Of a DNA stretch of 64,000 nucleotides, positions 1 to 11,479 are shown piece by piece; the stretch's first letter is position 1, and each line of letters opens with the position of its first letter. Position numbers and translations under genes: made by a program. A model generated the notes under the pieces. It was not told the DNA's origin. It saw only the letters and a program-made list of their open reading frames with translations, and did no database searches. Origin of the DNA: Eledone cirrhosa (lineage: Eukaryota); NCBI GenBank assembly GCA_964016885.1, contig OZ024741.1, forward strand, positions 104,904,001 through 104,968,000, written 5' to 3'.

Positions 1-16
1 TATATATTTAAAAGAG

Positions 17-192
17 TGGTGGGTTGGTAGTATCGGTAGAGAGTCGGACACCATGCATTGCAGCATAGTTACGGTCTGAGTTCAAAACGTGCCGAGGTTA
101 ACTTTGCCTTTCATCCTTAGGTGTTTGATAAAATAAAGCACCAGTAATGCGTTGGGATAATTACTGGCCTTGTGCCAAAAGTAGAAACAATT
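17..192 (+). mobile_element. tRNA-derived SINE (octopod-type)
   Basis: A-box-like TGGTAGTATCGG, B-box-like GAGTTCAAAAC, core GACTTTGCCTTTCATCC-like segment, end GTAGAAACAATT then (TA)n. Homologous copies at 10377 and 19810. Confidence 0.8.
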
Positions 193-211
193 ATATATAT
201 ATGCGTGTGTG

Positions 212-240
<29 letters not shown>

Positions 241-249
<9 letters not shown>

Positions 250-1100
250 GGGAAGTGAGGTTCTACACAAAACAGTGGGTATAGAGAAACGTTGAAGTTG
301 GAAATAAAACGGAAGATATGTTTTAGGGTCTGTTTTTCTTTTTTGATTCGTCAAAGTGACATTATTGAAAAGATAGTGTTATTAAAAAAGAGTGACAATT
401 CTCTTTTGAAAATTTTTTTATGAAGAATATAAAGGGTATGAAAAAATTACCGGTTTCGATGTATTAAAACCCATCTTGTCAAATTCAGTGAAAAAAGTTA
501 ATTAAAAAGGGAGTAAAAAAAAGGGTTTAAAATTAAAATTAAAATCAAAAACGAATGTTTGAGCAAAATTTCTTCCAGCATGCTTTCTGAAAAGTTGGCA
601 TAGAACGAGGCCAAGTTGTTTTGTTTAATCTAGTGGCCAATAGTTCAAAAGCGGGTGGGGGTTTGTAGGAGCTGACTACTGTGGTAGGTTGGGATGTGTA
701 CATACCCACACACACACTGGAGAGAGAAGAACTTGTTCTTAAGTCCCCTCTACAAAAGTAACTTTAACAGACAAACTGTAAAAACACACACACACAACAA
801 CCCACACATATATACGCACATATTTGTGCATACATATACGTACACACTCACATGTGTGTACTCTTGTGTGTGTGTGGGGGGGGTATATATTAACTTTTTT
901 CACTGAATTTGACAAGATGGATTTTAATACATCGAAACCGGTAATTTTTTCATACCCTTTATATACTTCATAAAAAAGTTTTCAAAAAAGAATTGTCCCT
1001 CTTTTTTTAATAACACTATCTTTTCAATAATGTCACTTTGACGAATCAAAAAAGAAAAACAGACCCTTAAACATATTTTCCGTGCTATTTCCAACTTCAT
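241..1100. mobile_element. Non-coding PLE-type end remnant with ~208-bp inverted arms (294-501 / 891-1098)
   Basis: The arms are reverse complements and each holds a minimal HHR; flanked by microsatellites. Confidence 0.65.
905..947 (+). ncRNA. Minimal type I hammerhead, U3:A8 core (mirror copy 444-486 on minus)
   Basis: gaat-TTGACAA-GATG..CATC-GAAA-CCGG-TA-attt. Confidence 0.65.
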
Positions 1101-1253
1101 CTTTTCTCTCTCTCTCTCTCTCTATATATATATGGTTAATTGGTGCGTCTTGTTACTCTGGAGTTTCACCAGTGTACTCACATACTCGGTAAAATGTTCA
1201 GTTACTTTCTTGGTAATTTAATAAGCAGGCTGTTCCGATGATCAAACAAGCAT

Positions 1254-1410
1254 GGGCGTGTGATTAAGCAAATCCTTTCGTAACCGGATTGTTTTAGGTT
1301 CAGTCCCGCTGCACATAACCTTTTGAATGTATTGTCTACTATAGCCTGAGGTTGACCAAAGCTTTTTGTAGCAGAATTTGGTAGACGGTTACTGAAGAAT
1401 TCTGTGGTAA
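1254..1410 (+). mobile_element. Degenerate SINE (second octopod-type family)
   Basis: GGCGTGTGATTAAG...GGTTCAGTCCC...ACTATAGCC...GACCAAAGC...TTTGGTAGACGG then (TA)n; recognised from memory of octopus repeats. Confidence 0.6.
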
Positions 1411-1418
1411 TATATATA

Positions 1419-2579
1419 TCTATATATATAAAGGGAAGATGGACATTGTTTAGTGTACCGAACTTGCATGCTACACCGTTCATCCAATTTTCATGAAACC
1501 TCACACATATATAAAACTCAACGCGTAGAGTGGAATAGGCTACTTGAAACTTTCGTAAAAACGATAATCGGGCCCTATGACAGAATGTTTTTCGATTCCA
1601 ATGAAATTTTATGTGAATTCGAACACAAGAACTCTTAGTTTACATCTGGCGCAATAAAAATAAATTTCATATGCCCATATAAGGACGTGCGTTATTGATT
1701 GGACGGCCAGCTGCATGTCTTCCCAGCTGTCTCAGTAAACTACCGACCATTAAAGAGTTTATCTTTTCATATTCCACCTTATTCAAGTGGAAATACAGTA
1801 TTATCCCTATCTGAAAAGGGAACCAAATTTAATGATGTCTTTTGTGAACCTAAAAGCTGTGAGTAAATTTTCAAACAGTCTTAAATAATCATGCTTTTTG
1901 AAAAAAAAATTACTAAATAATGCGTTGACCAAGTTGTGTTGTACACATACAAAACAAGTAAAAAAATTTACGTCGTACCAATGTTTTCCTTTTTTAAACA
2001 AAATATTATAAAAAATTACTTAATTTATAATACAGTCTTTTGCACAGGAAGTGAGTAACTTTTCGGGTGTTTAAACGTAAGTTCACCAGGGTTTGTGTCT
2101 TCATTATTAGCCCACCTCTAATGGCATTTTTTGTTCTGCTTACGACTAAATGTTATGAGCGTATTTGCAATTAATTGCGCACACGTGCACACCTGCATGC
2201 AGATAGACACTGACAGCCAATAAAAAATCGATAACTTGCTTATTAAGATATCGGTCAAAAAGAGAGATTGAACGTACTTTAGAACATTTTTTGAATATAT
2301 TGTTATTTTTGGCATGATGTGTCAGAAATATAGCTACTATACACTTTGGTTATTTTTTGTAACTAAAAAACGGTTCCTTTTGGGTGGATACTTAACGAGA
2401 AAAATCCTAGGGTTTTGGACAAGTTTGTTTCAGGCGCTGTATAGACGCCTATTTTGTCACACCTTGGTCATGAATTCGTATTATTTTCCAATAGATATTT
2501 TCCGCTCTATAAGGCTCACCAGGATATAAGGCGTATCATTTAAAATCACGCCCGCGCAACGGCGTGTAAGGCCAACTAG
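1419..2579 (+). mobile_element. Non-autonomous Helitron-like element
   Basis: 5' TC (TCTATATATATAAAG), subterminal hairpin CACGCC/GGCGTG 2547-2566, 3' CTAG 2576-2579. Confidence 0.6.
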
Positions 2580-3934
2580 AAAATGCTATCTTCTTTACTT
2601 TTAGTCTAGATCTATTACTTCTGTTAGAGCCGTGATTGATTACCATTGTATTATTTATACATAAGGATCACCGGAGTATAAAGCGCAGAGCTGTTTTTTG
2701 ATTAAATTTAATTATTTTAAGTGCAATTTATAGACGGGAAAATTCGGTAAGTTATTGTAATCATATTTCCAAACCTTCCATTCACCAGTAACCATGCTAA
2801 CGAATCTGGTGTCATCTCTCTCTGTATTTAATCACCTCTCTCTAACCTAACAGCTTCGTTACACGTCGTTATGCCCACACGGAAACGTTCAAGACTTACC
2901 TCCAAAAAAGGTACTGCTATTGCTTTGAGACAACGAATTAGGCGTTCTCAGGTATGAGTTCATTCACAATTGATTAATCCTTTATGCAATATTCTCCCTT
3001 AATGTTAGCAAGTACTGCGTTTATCCTAACTGTCACCACTTTTAAGAAACTACAACATTCTAATCGTAGTTATATTAAATTTATTGTCTTATCTTGATTC
3101 CCTTTTGTTCATGTTAGACTTTTCTCATTTACTATTGACACTGCCATTGGCTTAGCTAACCAGTAGAATTAATTAATTTTCTCTAGGAAACACCTGCTGA
3201 GCGCGAATCTCGACTCGCTGATAGACGTCTTTCCCAGCTGGTTGAGTCACCAACATCACGTACGACAAGGCTTGCTGATGTTCGCCTTCGTCGCCAACAA
3301 GCGCTGACGGAGGAATCACCAACATCCCGTCAGACGAGGCTTGAGGCTGTGGCAAAGGGCAATAACCCTAGATACAATTTTGATCAACTTTTTTTCACCT
3401 ATAGCAAATTTACCGGGACAGGTTTTTAGCTACTCAAATCTACTTCAGAGATCACGCATTGATGTAAAAAATCAATAAAACTGAAGCGGGGCTCGACTTT
3501 GCGCAAAAAAACAAGGCAAAGTTACACATGGGAAAACTTTTTACAGGAACGTCCTATATTCTTGAAAACTGTCACAAAAGACTCGCCATTATACCGCGGT
3601 TAAGATAAAGGCCCTTTTAATTCTTCTTCTGCACATGTGAGCGCAAAAATTGTAAAAAAAAAAAAACCTGAAAGTAATCGACATTTTCACCCTGCTTTAA
3701 ATTAACTGAACATTCAATATCAAGCGATTTTGACTTCCGTCAGTCGTGCAGAGAACAATTTCAACGATACACTGTGTAACTACAATTAATAAATTACACA
3801 CCTGTGTCTACTAACCTATTTTTTTCCATTGAAGTTCGAAGTTTTGAACCTGTGATGCGCGGGAAGTAACTTTCACACATTCTAACCGACCAACGGTCGA
3901 CTTACACCCGGGCAACGCCGGGTACTTCTGCTAG
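2580..3934 (+). mobile_element. Internally deleted Helitron segment with remnant 5' exons encoding 23-aa repeats
   Basis: 3' hairpin ACCCGG/CCGGGT 3906-3923 plus CTAG 3931-3934. ATG 2871, GT donor 2952, AG acceptor 3185-3186, then ETPAERESRL / ESPTSRTTRL / ESPTSRQTRL. Confidence 0.6.
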
Positions 3935-4188
3935 TATATATACATATATATATATATAGGTGTGTGTGTGTGTGCGTTTGTGTGTGTGAGTGTGTGTGTG
4001 TGTGTGCGTGTGTATGTGTGTGCGTGTGTGTGTATGTACGTACGTGCATGTGCGTATGTGTGTGTGGGGGAGATGTGTGTTTATTTATGTTTGTTTCTAT
4101 ATTTATGTGCCGTAGCTTATTATTTTGACAAAATAAGTACTGAGCTCGGTATGAAAACAGCAAAAGAATAAGAGAACATATATATATA

Positions 4189-4425
4189 CTAGCGGTCTTC
4201 CGGCATTCGCCCCGGTCTGTACTGTGCACAAATCTATTTCTAAGGACACTTATTGGCATCTATCGTAAAGCCCATTTTCTTTGAAATAAAAGATGGTAAA
4301 AGGTATTTAAATATTGCATAGCATGATGTAAAAAGCATATTCAGAATATCTAAATACAGAAGGCAATAAAAAATAATAATAGAAAAATGTATTCTACGAA
4401 AATTATGTTTTTAATTTATTTCTTT
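4189..4425 (-). mobile_element. Helitron 3' end fragment
   Basis: Minus strand reads CCGGGGCGAATGCCGG hairpin, then AAGACCGCTAG, then T. Confidence 0.5.
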
Positions 4426-5085
4426 GAAGCATACATGATGTCACTATACGAATGCCCGAGTATTTGTGTTCGGATAAATGGTGCTAAATCGAAACCATTC
4501 AATGTAGGAGTCGGACTCCGCTAAGGCTGCGTGCTGTCATTCTCCTGTTCACCATTCTCATGAACAGGATTGACATGCGTAGTCGGGCTGGAAGTGGTAT
4601 CTTGACTGGCAGGTGTAAAATCAGTCGGCTGGAATTTGCAGACGACATGATGTTGGTTAACTCGACAGAAGGTGATCTCAGACTTACATTTGATAGGTTT
4701 GATGCCGCGTTCTGCATGGCTGGAATGTAAATCGGTGCTATGAAAAACTGAGACACTCATCCGCTCAAGGAAGCCTATGCAGTTCTCTCTACATATGAAT
4801 GGAGTTCCGCCGAAGCAGGTGGAGAAGTTCAAATATCTCGGGGCCATGTACACAAGTGGTGGAAGGCAGGAGACTGAATTAAGTGCAAGAATTGAAGGGG
4901 CTGGTGCAGTAATGCGCAAGCTTCTGCATTCGGTAATCAGGAGGGGGTAGGTGTAGAAGCCAAACTCGCTATTTTCTATTCATTATTCGTGCCAACTCTT
5001 ACCTATGGTCATGAATCTTAGATAATGACTGAAAGAACATGAGCGCGTATACAAGCGGCCAAAATGGGGTTCCCCCGAAGAGCTA
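4426..5085 (+). pseudogene. RTE-clade LINE RT fragment
   Basis: Hand translation VRINGAKSKPFNVGVGLR*GCVLS..LF...LEFADD...VEKFKYLG, with stops and frameshifts. Confidence 0.8.
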
Positions 5086-7165
5086 AGTACAGACGTGAAG
5101 GAAATCATACCTGACTCCTCGCGACTTTTGAGGGTGACCTTCAATGGAAACCCAGAGCTGACAGTGATCTCAGCCTATAGTCCACCTGAGGGGGGACAGT
5201 GATGCGAGTGCAGAGGAGATACATGAGGAAGTGTGTAGAGCAGTCAACACCACACGAGCTCACAAAATCCTGCTTGTTCTGGGTGACTTCAATGCACATC
5301 TGAGTAAGGAGAGCAGTGAAGATACTTGCAGGTACTTCCGTGACAACACCAACCGAAACGGGAGACTACCGAGGGACACCCTGCTGGAAGCGAACCTGAT
5401 GGCAACCAACCTAAAGTTTAGGAAAAATCCGGCGAAGATGTGAACCTACATCTCTGATAGGCACCTGACCACGTCCCATATTGATTTCATTCTGGTGAGG
5501 AAGAAGTGGCGAAATAGTGTTCTGAACACAGAATCCTACAGTTATTTCAGTACACTGGGCAGTGACCACCGGCTTGCTATGAGTGAGGTCCGGGTGATTT
5601 TAAGAAAGAGTAAGGCTAATCCCGGATATCTGTCTATGACTGGGGAGCTTTCAATGAAGATGATACTCTACAGGAGAGGTACACAGTAGAAGTGAGGAAC
5701 AGGTTCAGTGCTCTATATGGACAGGCAGAGGAGAGAGAGAGATTGGGGATACTGAGGAGAATGTGACGAGGAGGTGCGGGTACTTCACCACTACAGCGGC
5801 TGAAGCAAGTGAGGCCCTGGTGCCGAAGAGAAAGAGGAGGAGAAGGGACGACAGCCTACAGACCCAACAGTGTGTGCAGCCAGAGAACACATGAGAACTG
5901 CCAAGGACCAATTCCATGCTGATCCTACGGAGGAGAAGAAGAATGTGGAGGTGGGGAAGGGAGAACTCTGTGTCGCTTACACTAAGGCCAGGGAGGAGGT
6001 ACTGATGGTGAAGATCAGGAGTGTAGAGAGAGCGGTTGGCAGGTGTCAGTGTAAAGAGACCTGGACGATCATCAACGAGATCACAGGGAGGAAGAGAGGG
6101 AGTTTGAATCAGATCCGGAGAACAGGGCCCGAGGATAGGAAGAAGTGGCTGGACCATTTTAAGACTCTACTAGGAGAGCCACCTTCCACAGCCCAGAACA
6201 CTGGGGATATCAGACAGCTGTTTGAAGAACTGGATATTGAGACAGGACCCTTCGCCAGAGAGCCGAAGAGAAGATCAAGGAGGGTAAGGCCCATGGAGAA
6301 GATGGAGTGACATCAGAGGTGATGAAGAGATATGATTTTGATTATATCATCCAGGAGTTCTGTAACCAGGCACTGGAGAAAAGAGTTGCCCCAGTGGATG
6401 ATCAGTAACATTGTCCCAGTACCAAAGAAGGGAGATCTCTCTGACACCAATAATTACAAGGGGATCTCACTGACGCCACTTGTGGCAAAGACCCTCAACA
6501 GGAAGATTCTTAACATGATCCAGCCCGAGATGGAGAAGAAGCTCAGGGACAACCAGAACAGCTTCAAAGAGGGAAATCAACCACCGGTCACATCCTGATG
6601 CTGAGAAGAATTTTAGAGGGAGCTAGAGCAAAGAGCCTTTCTGCTGTCAGGGTTTTCATTGACTTCAAGAAAGCCTGATGAAGATCTTACAGGCTTATGG
6701 AATCCCCAAGAAGATAGTGCACCTGATATCACTGCTCTGCACCAACACCAGAGCCCAAGTCATTACACCTGACGGGATGATGGAGTTCTGTGAGATATTG
6801 GCTGGAGTGTTCCAGGACGATACATTGGCTCCCTACCTTTTCATCATCTCATTGGACTATTGAAACACCAGAATTCGGGCTTCACTGTAATACCGGCTCA
6901 GAGTAGGAGAGTTAAGGCTAAAAGGATAGCAGACGCTGAATTTTCTGACGACTTAGCTCTGGTGACAAACATAGTGAAGGAGGCAGAGGAGTTGATGCGA
7001 GAGGTGGAGACTATGTCGATGAGTGTGATGCTGACAATAAATCAGAGTAAGACGAAGTATCTGGCAGAGAACATTTAGGAAACAGAGAAGATTATGAATG
7101 TGGGCAGGAAGCCACTAGAGCTGACTGAGAACGTCTGGGGGCAAAGATTTGGTGCACAGAGGATA
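5086..7165 (+). pseudogene. Second degenerate RTE-like LINE (APE endonuclease C-half plus RT)
   Basis: ORF pieces VLGDFNAH, GSDH, IVPVPKKGDLSDTNNYKGISL, GVFQDDTLAPYLF, FSDDLAL. Confidence 0.85.
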
Positions 7166-7422
7166 CATATATATCAAATATAATAAGAGCGAATGTGTGT
7201 ATATTTATTTATTTGTATATTTGTCCGTTACCCACTGAAGGGGAGGTGACTCAGGAAGGGGATGGTGACTAACTTTAGAAAAGATTCGCTACACTTGTAT
7301 GTGTACATGTAGCGAATTGGCTACAGACATTGGCTATCATAACGTTATTGTTGTTATATAAGGGGCCCACCAAACCTGAACTGCCCCGGGCCACCAAAGT
7401 CTAAATCCGGCCTTATATATAT

Positions 7423-8328
7423 AGAGAAAAATACTGCAGGTAGCACATGGATAACATGTAATAAAATAAGTCCCTCATCAGTGATTTGCCGAAGATCATA
7501 GATATTTCATTGCATTAAAAATCATATATCTCACGTCGGTGCAATAATAACCAAAATAAGTTATTAGGACAATTAAAACGCGTAAAGCGAGTGAGACAGG
7601 AGAACAACAGAGTAAAGCTAACCGGGGGAAAGAAACAAGCTTCAAAAATTATTCTGTTTAGCATAAGCTAGGTGAATATATGAGCGCTTAGAGAATAGAT
7701 CCTACACGAGCGAAGACTATGAGCAGAGAGAGAAAAATAACTTATTTTGGTTATTATTGCACCGACGTGAGATATATGATTTTTAATGCAATGAAATATC
7801 TATGATCTTCGGCAAATCACTGATGAGGGACTTATTTTATTACATGTTATCCATGTGCTACCTGCAGTATTTTTCTCTATATTTTAATACATATATTTAC
7901 CACTGCGATTCTGTGTTTTTTTCTCTCTCTCTTACTGTTCCCCCATTCTCTCTGTTTCTCCCCCTCTGTCATGTCCGTTAACTCTTCCTCACACTTTCAC
8001 TCACTCACTGTTTTTCTCTCTCTTCTCTTCATTTCATCCTGCACACCACGAACGCTATTTTTCTCTCTCTGCTCATAGTCTTCGCTCGTGTAGGATCTAT
8101 TCTCTAAGCGCTCATATATTCACCTAGCTTATGCTAAACAGAATAATTTTTGAAGCTTGTTTCTTTCCCCCGGTTAGCTTTACTCTGTTGTTCTCCTGTC
8201 TCACTCGCTTTACGCGTTTTAATTGTCCTAATAACTTATTTTGGTTATTATTGCACCGACGTGAGATATATGATTTTTAATGCAATGAAATATCTATGAT
8301 CTTCGGCAAATCACTGATGAGGGACTTA
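7423..8328 (+). mobile_element. Non-coding retrozyme-like element F1: 494-nt unit with partial direct repeat and inverted 5' copy, in (TA)n
   Basis: 7736-7831 = 8230-8325 (offset 494); 7423-7740 is the reverse complement of unit sequence; no ORF. Confidence 0.8.
8225..8325 (+). ncRNA. Candidate permuted/pseudoknotted hammerhead with K-turn (F1); inverted copy 7470-7570, 5'-truncated copy 7736-7831
   Basis: GATA-TA(8269-70)-TGATTT..GAAA(8287-90)-TATC..AAATCA-CTGATGA(8314-20)-G-GGAC; covariation with F2/F3. Confidence 0.7.
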
Positions 8329-8398
8329 TATATATATATATATATGCTTGTGTGTGCGTGAGTATGCAGTGTTTATTTTTATATTATATTGTGTTTAC

Positions 8399-9066
<668 letters not shown>

Positions 9067-9095
9067 TTTACCATTTATTAATACCATTTATTAAT

Positions 9096-9570
<475 letters not shown>

Positions 9571-9628
9571 ACATTCACACACACACGTACACACACGCAC
9601 ACACACATATATATATATATACACAAAC

Positions 9629-9677
<49 letters not shown>

Positions 9678-10068
9678 CAAAGCGATATTTAATTTGTTGG
9701 TAATTCAACAAATATATATATTTATAACTGATTCGAAGCACTCGATAGATTTTCTGGAGTATAATATCAATGATATTAATAAATGGAAACTATATTTATA
9801 AAACTATATTTCTTCTATTCTATATATTTCAAGGGTACCAAAACTTTGGTACGCTCTCATCAGATAAAATACAAAGTTAGTTTTATAAATATTGACATAT
9901 CCAGGGACGAGGCCTTCACGGTTAAAGTTTTACCTGGATAGGTAAAACTTGAACCGTGAAGGTCTCATTCTTGGATATGTCAATAATTATAAAACAAACT
10001 TTGTATTTTATCTGATGAGAGCGTACCAAAGTTTTGGTACCCTTGGAATATGTATAATAGAATAAATA
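9678..10068. repeat. Fold-back copy of the same PLE end as 8513-9066, centre ~9938, two mutated HHRs
   Basis: TTTTACCT-GGAT-AGGTAAAA centre; CTGATGAGAGCGTACC.. on both strands; cores mutated (GGAA; loss of UH). Confidence 0.8.
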
Positions 10069-10196
10069 TATATATCCAAAATTAAATTAAATTAAGGGTG
10101 TTATGTCAGAGAGACATGCGCCATATCCACTGTAGAATATGCTCCAAGATTCCAATGACTAGATCCGAGCATTTTATATCAACTAGAAATTGATTG

Positions 10197-10230
<34 letters not shown>

Positions 10231-10376
10231 GGAAAGTTATATTTAAATTGTTGGGTTACAACGAGTAAATATTTATAACTGATATAAAAGCACTCAACAA
10301 GTATTTGGAGTATATTTACGATATTAAATAAATGGAAACTATATTTATAAAACCATATTTATTTCATTATATATAT

Positions 10377-10561
10377 GGTGGATTGGCAGTATCGGTAGAG
10401 GGTCGGACGCCATGCTTTCCAGCATAGTTACGTCCCTTTACGATCTGAGTTCAAATCCCGCCGAGGTTGACTTTGCCTTTCATCCTTACGGGGTCGATAA
10501 AATAAAGTACCAGTAATGCACTGGGATAATTGCAGGCCTTGTGCCTAAAGTAGAAACAATT
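10377..10561 (+). mobile_element. tRNA-derived SINE inserted in the PLE arm
   Basis: Same family as 17-192; absent from the mirror arm; flanking direct repeat ATTATATATAT. Confidence 0.85.
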
Positions 10562-11479
10562 ATATATATTTCAGGGATATCATATTAACAATATGTTATG
10601 CCTTCTTCAGACAAAATACAATATAGACAGTTTTATAAATAAATAGATTTGACATACCTTTCAACATCGACTTGCATTTGAAAAGTTGATTTGGCAGTGA
10701 AAATTGTAAACAGAAAGAAAGAAAGAAAGAAGGAAAGAAAGAAAGAAAACGAAGAAAAGAAGAAATGCATGCAACTAAATAGAGAGATGGAAAGATAGAT
10801 AAAGAGAATAACTTCATGTAAAGAAACAGAGAGAGATATATAGAAAGAGGAAATAGATAGAGATAGATATATATAGAGAAAAGTAGGTAGTTGAACATCC
10901 GTTGAATGACGTATCAATGATACATTTATTTATTTATTTATTTATTTAGCTCTAGTATTAATGTAAGGGAGATATATGTGGTTAGGAGAGAAACCAGCCG
11001 TTATATAGAGAGAAAAAAATGAAAAGTAACCAGACATAGGCGAGGCAGAATTTAAAAACCCTATGTTTCAATGTAGAAATATTAGTTCGTATAAAAACAG
11101 GCACTATAATGTAAATATCAGTATTCATGAATGAGACACGTATCTATAATGTGTGAAAAGTAATGATCTTATGTCTAGTTTTAAAAATTCATATGTTTAT
11201 ATCATAACTACAAACATCGATGTGAATTTACGTGATCAGCACTGCAAACTCCTATTTCACACGGAGAACATTCTCATTGTGCTATAAAAATTTAAGTATA
11301 CATATATGTGTATATATACACATATATATAGAGTCGATATTAATTTTAACAATACTATTCTTGTCTTTACTCTACATGATTATCTATCAAGCAGAAATAG
11401 AGAACAGATTTCAATATATTAATAAAAATATCAGAAACAAAAACAAAAAATAATAATAACAAATAAATAAATTGACAGG

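Noticed and set aside
8225-8325. SECIS, box C/D snoRNA, twister or ordinary type II hammerhead reading of the conserved motif
   Set aside because: No SECIS-length helix II with apical AA and no UGA-containing ORF. The C/D-like boxes are in reversed order with no guide. GUCCYAA lacks the twister AGC/P1/P2 context. A type II fold would need UH before the second TGA, but F2/F3 have CAA there.
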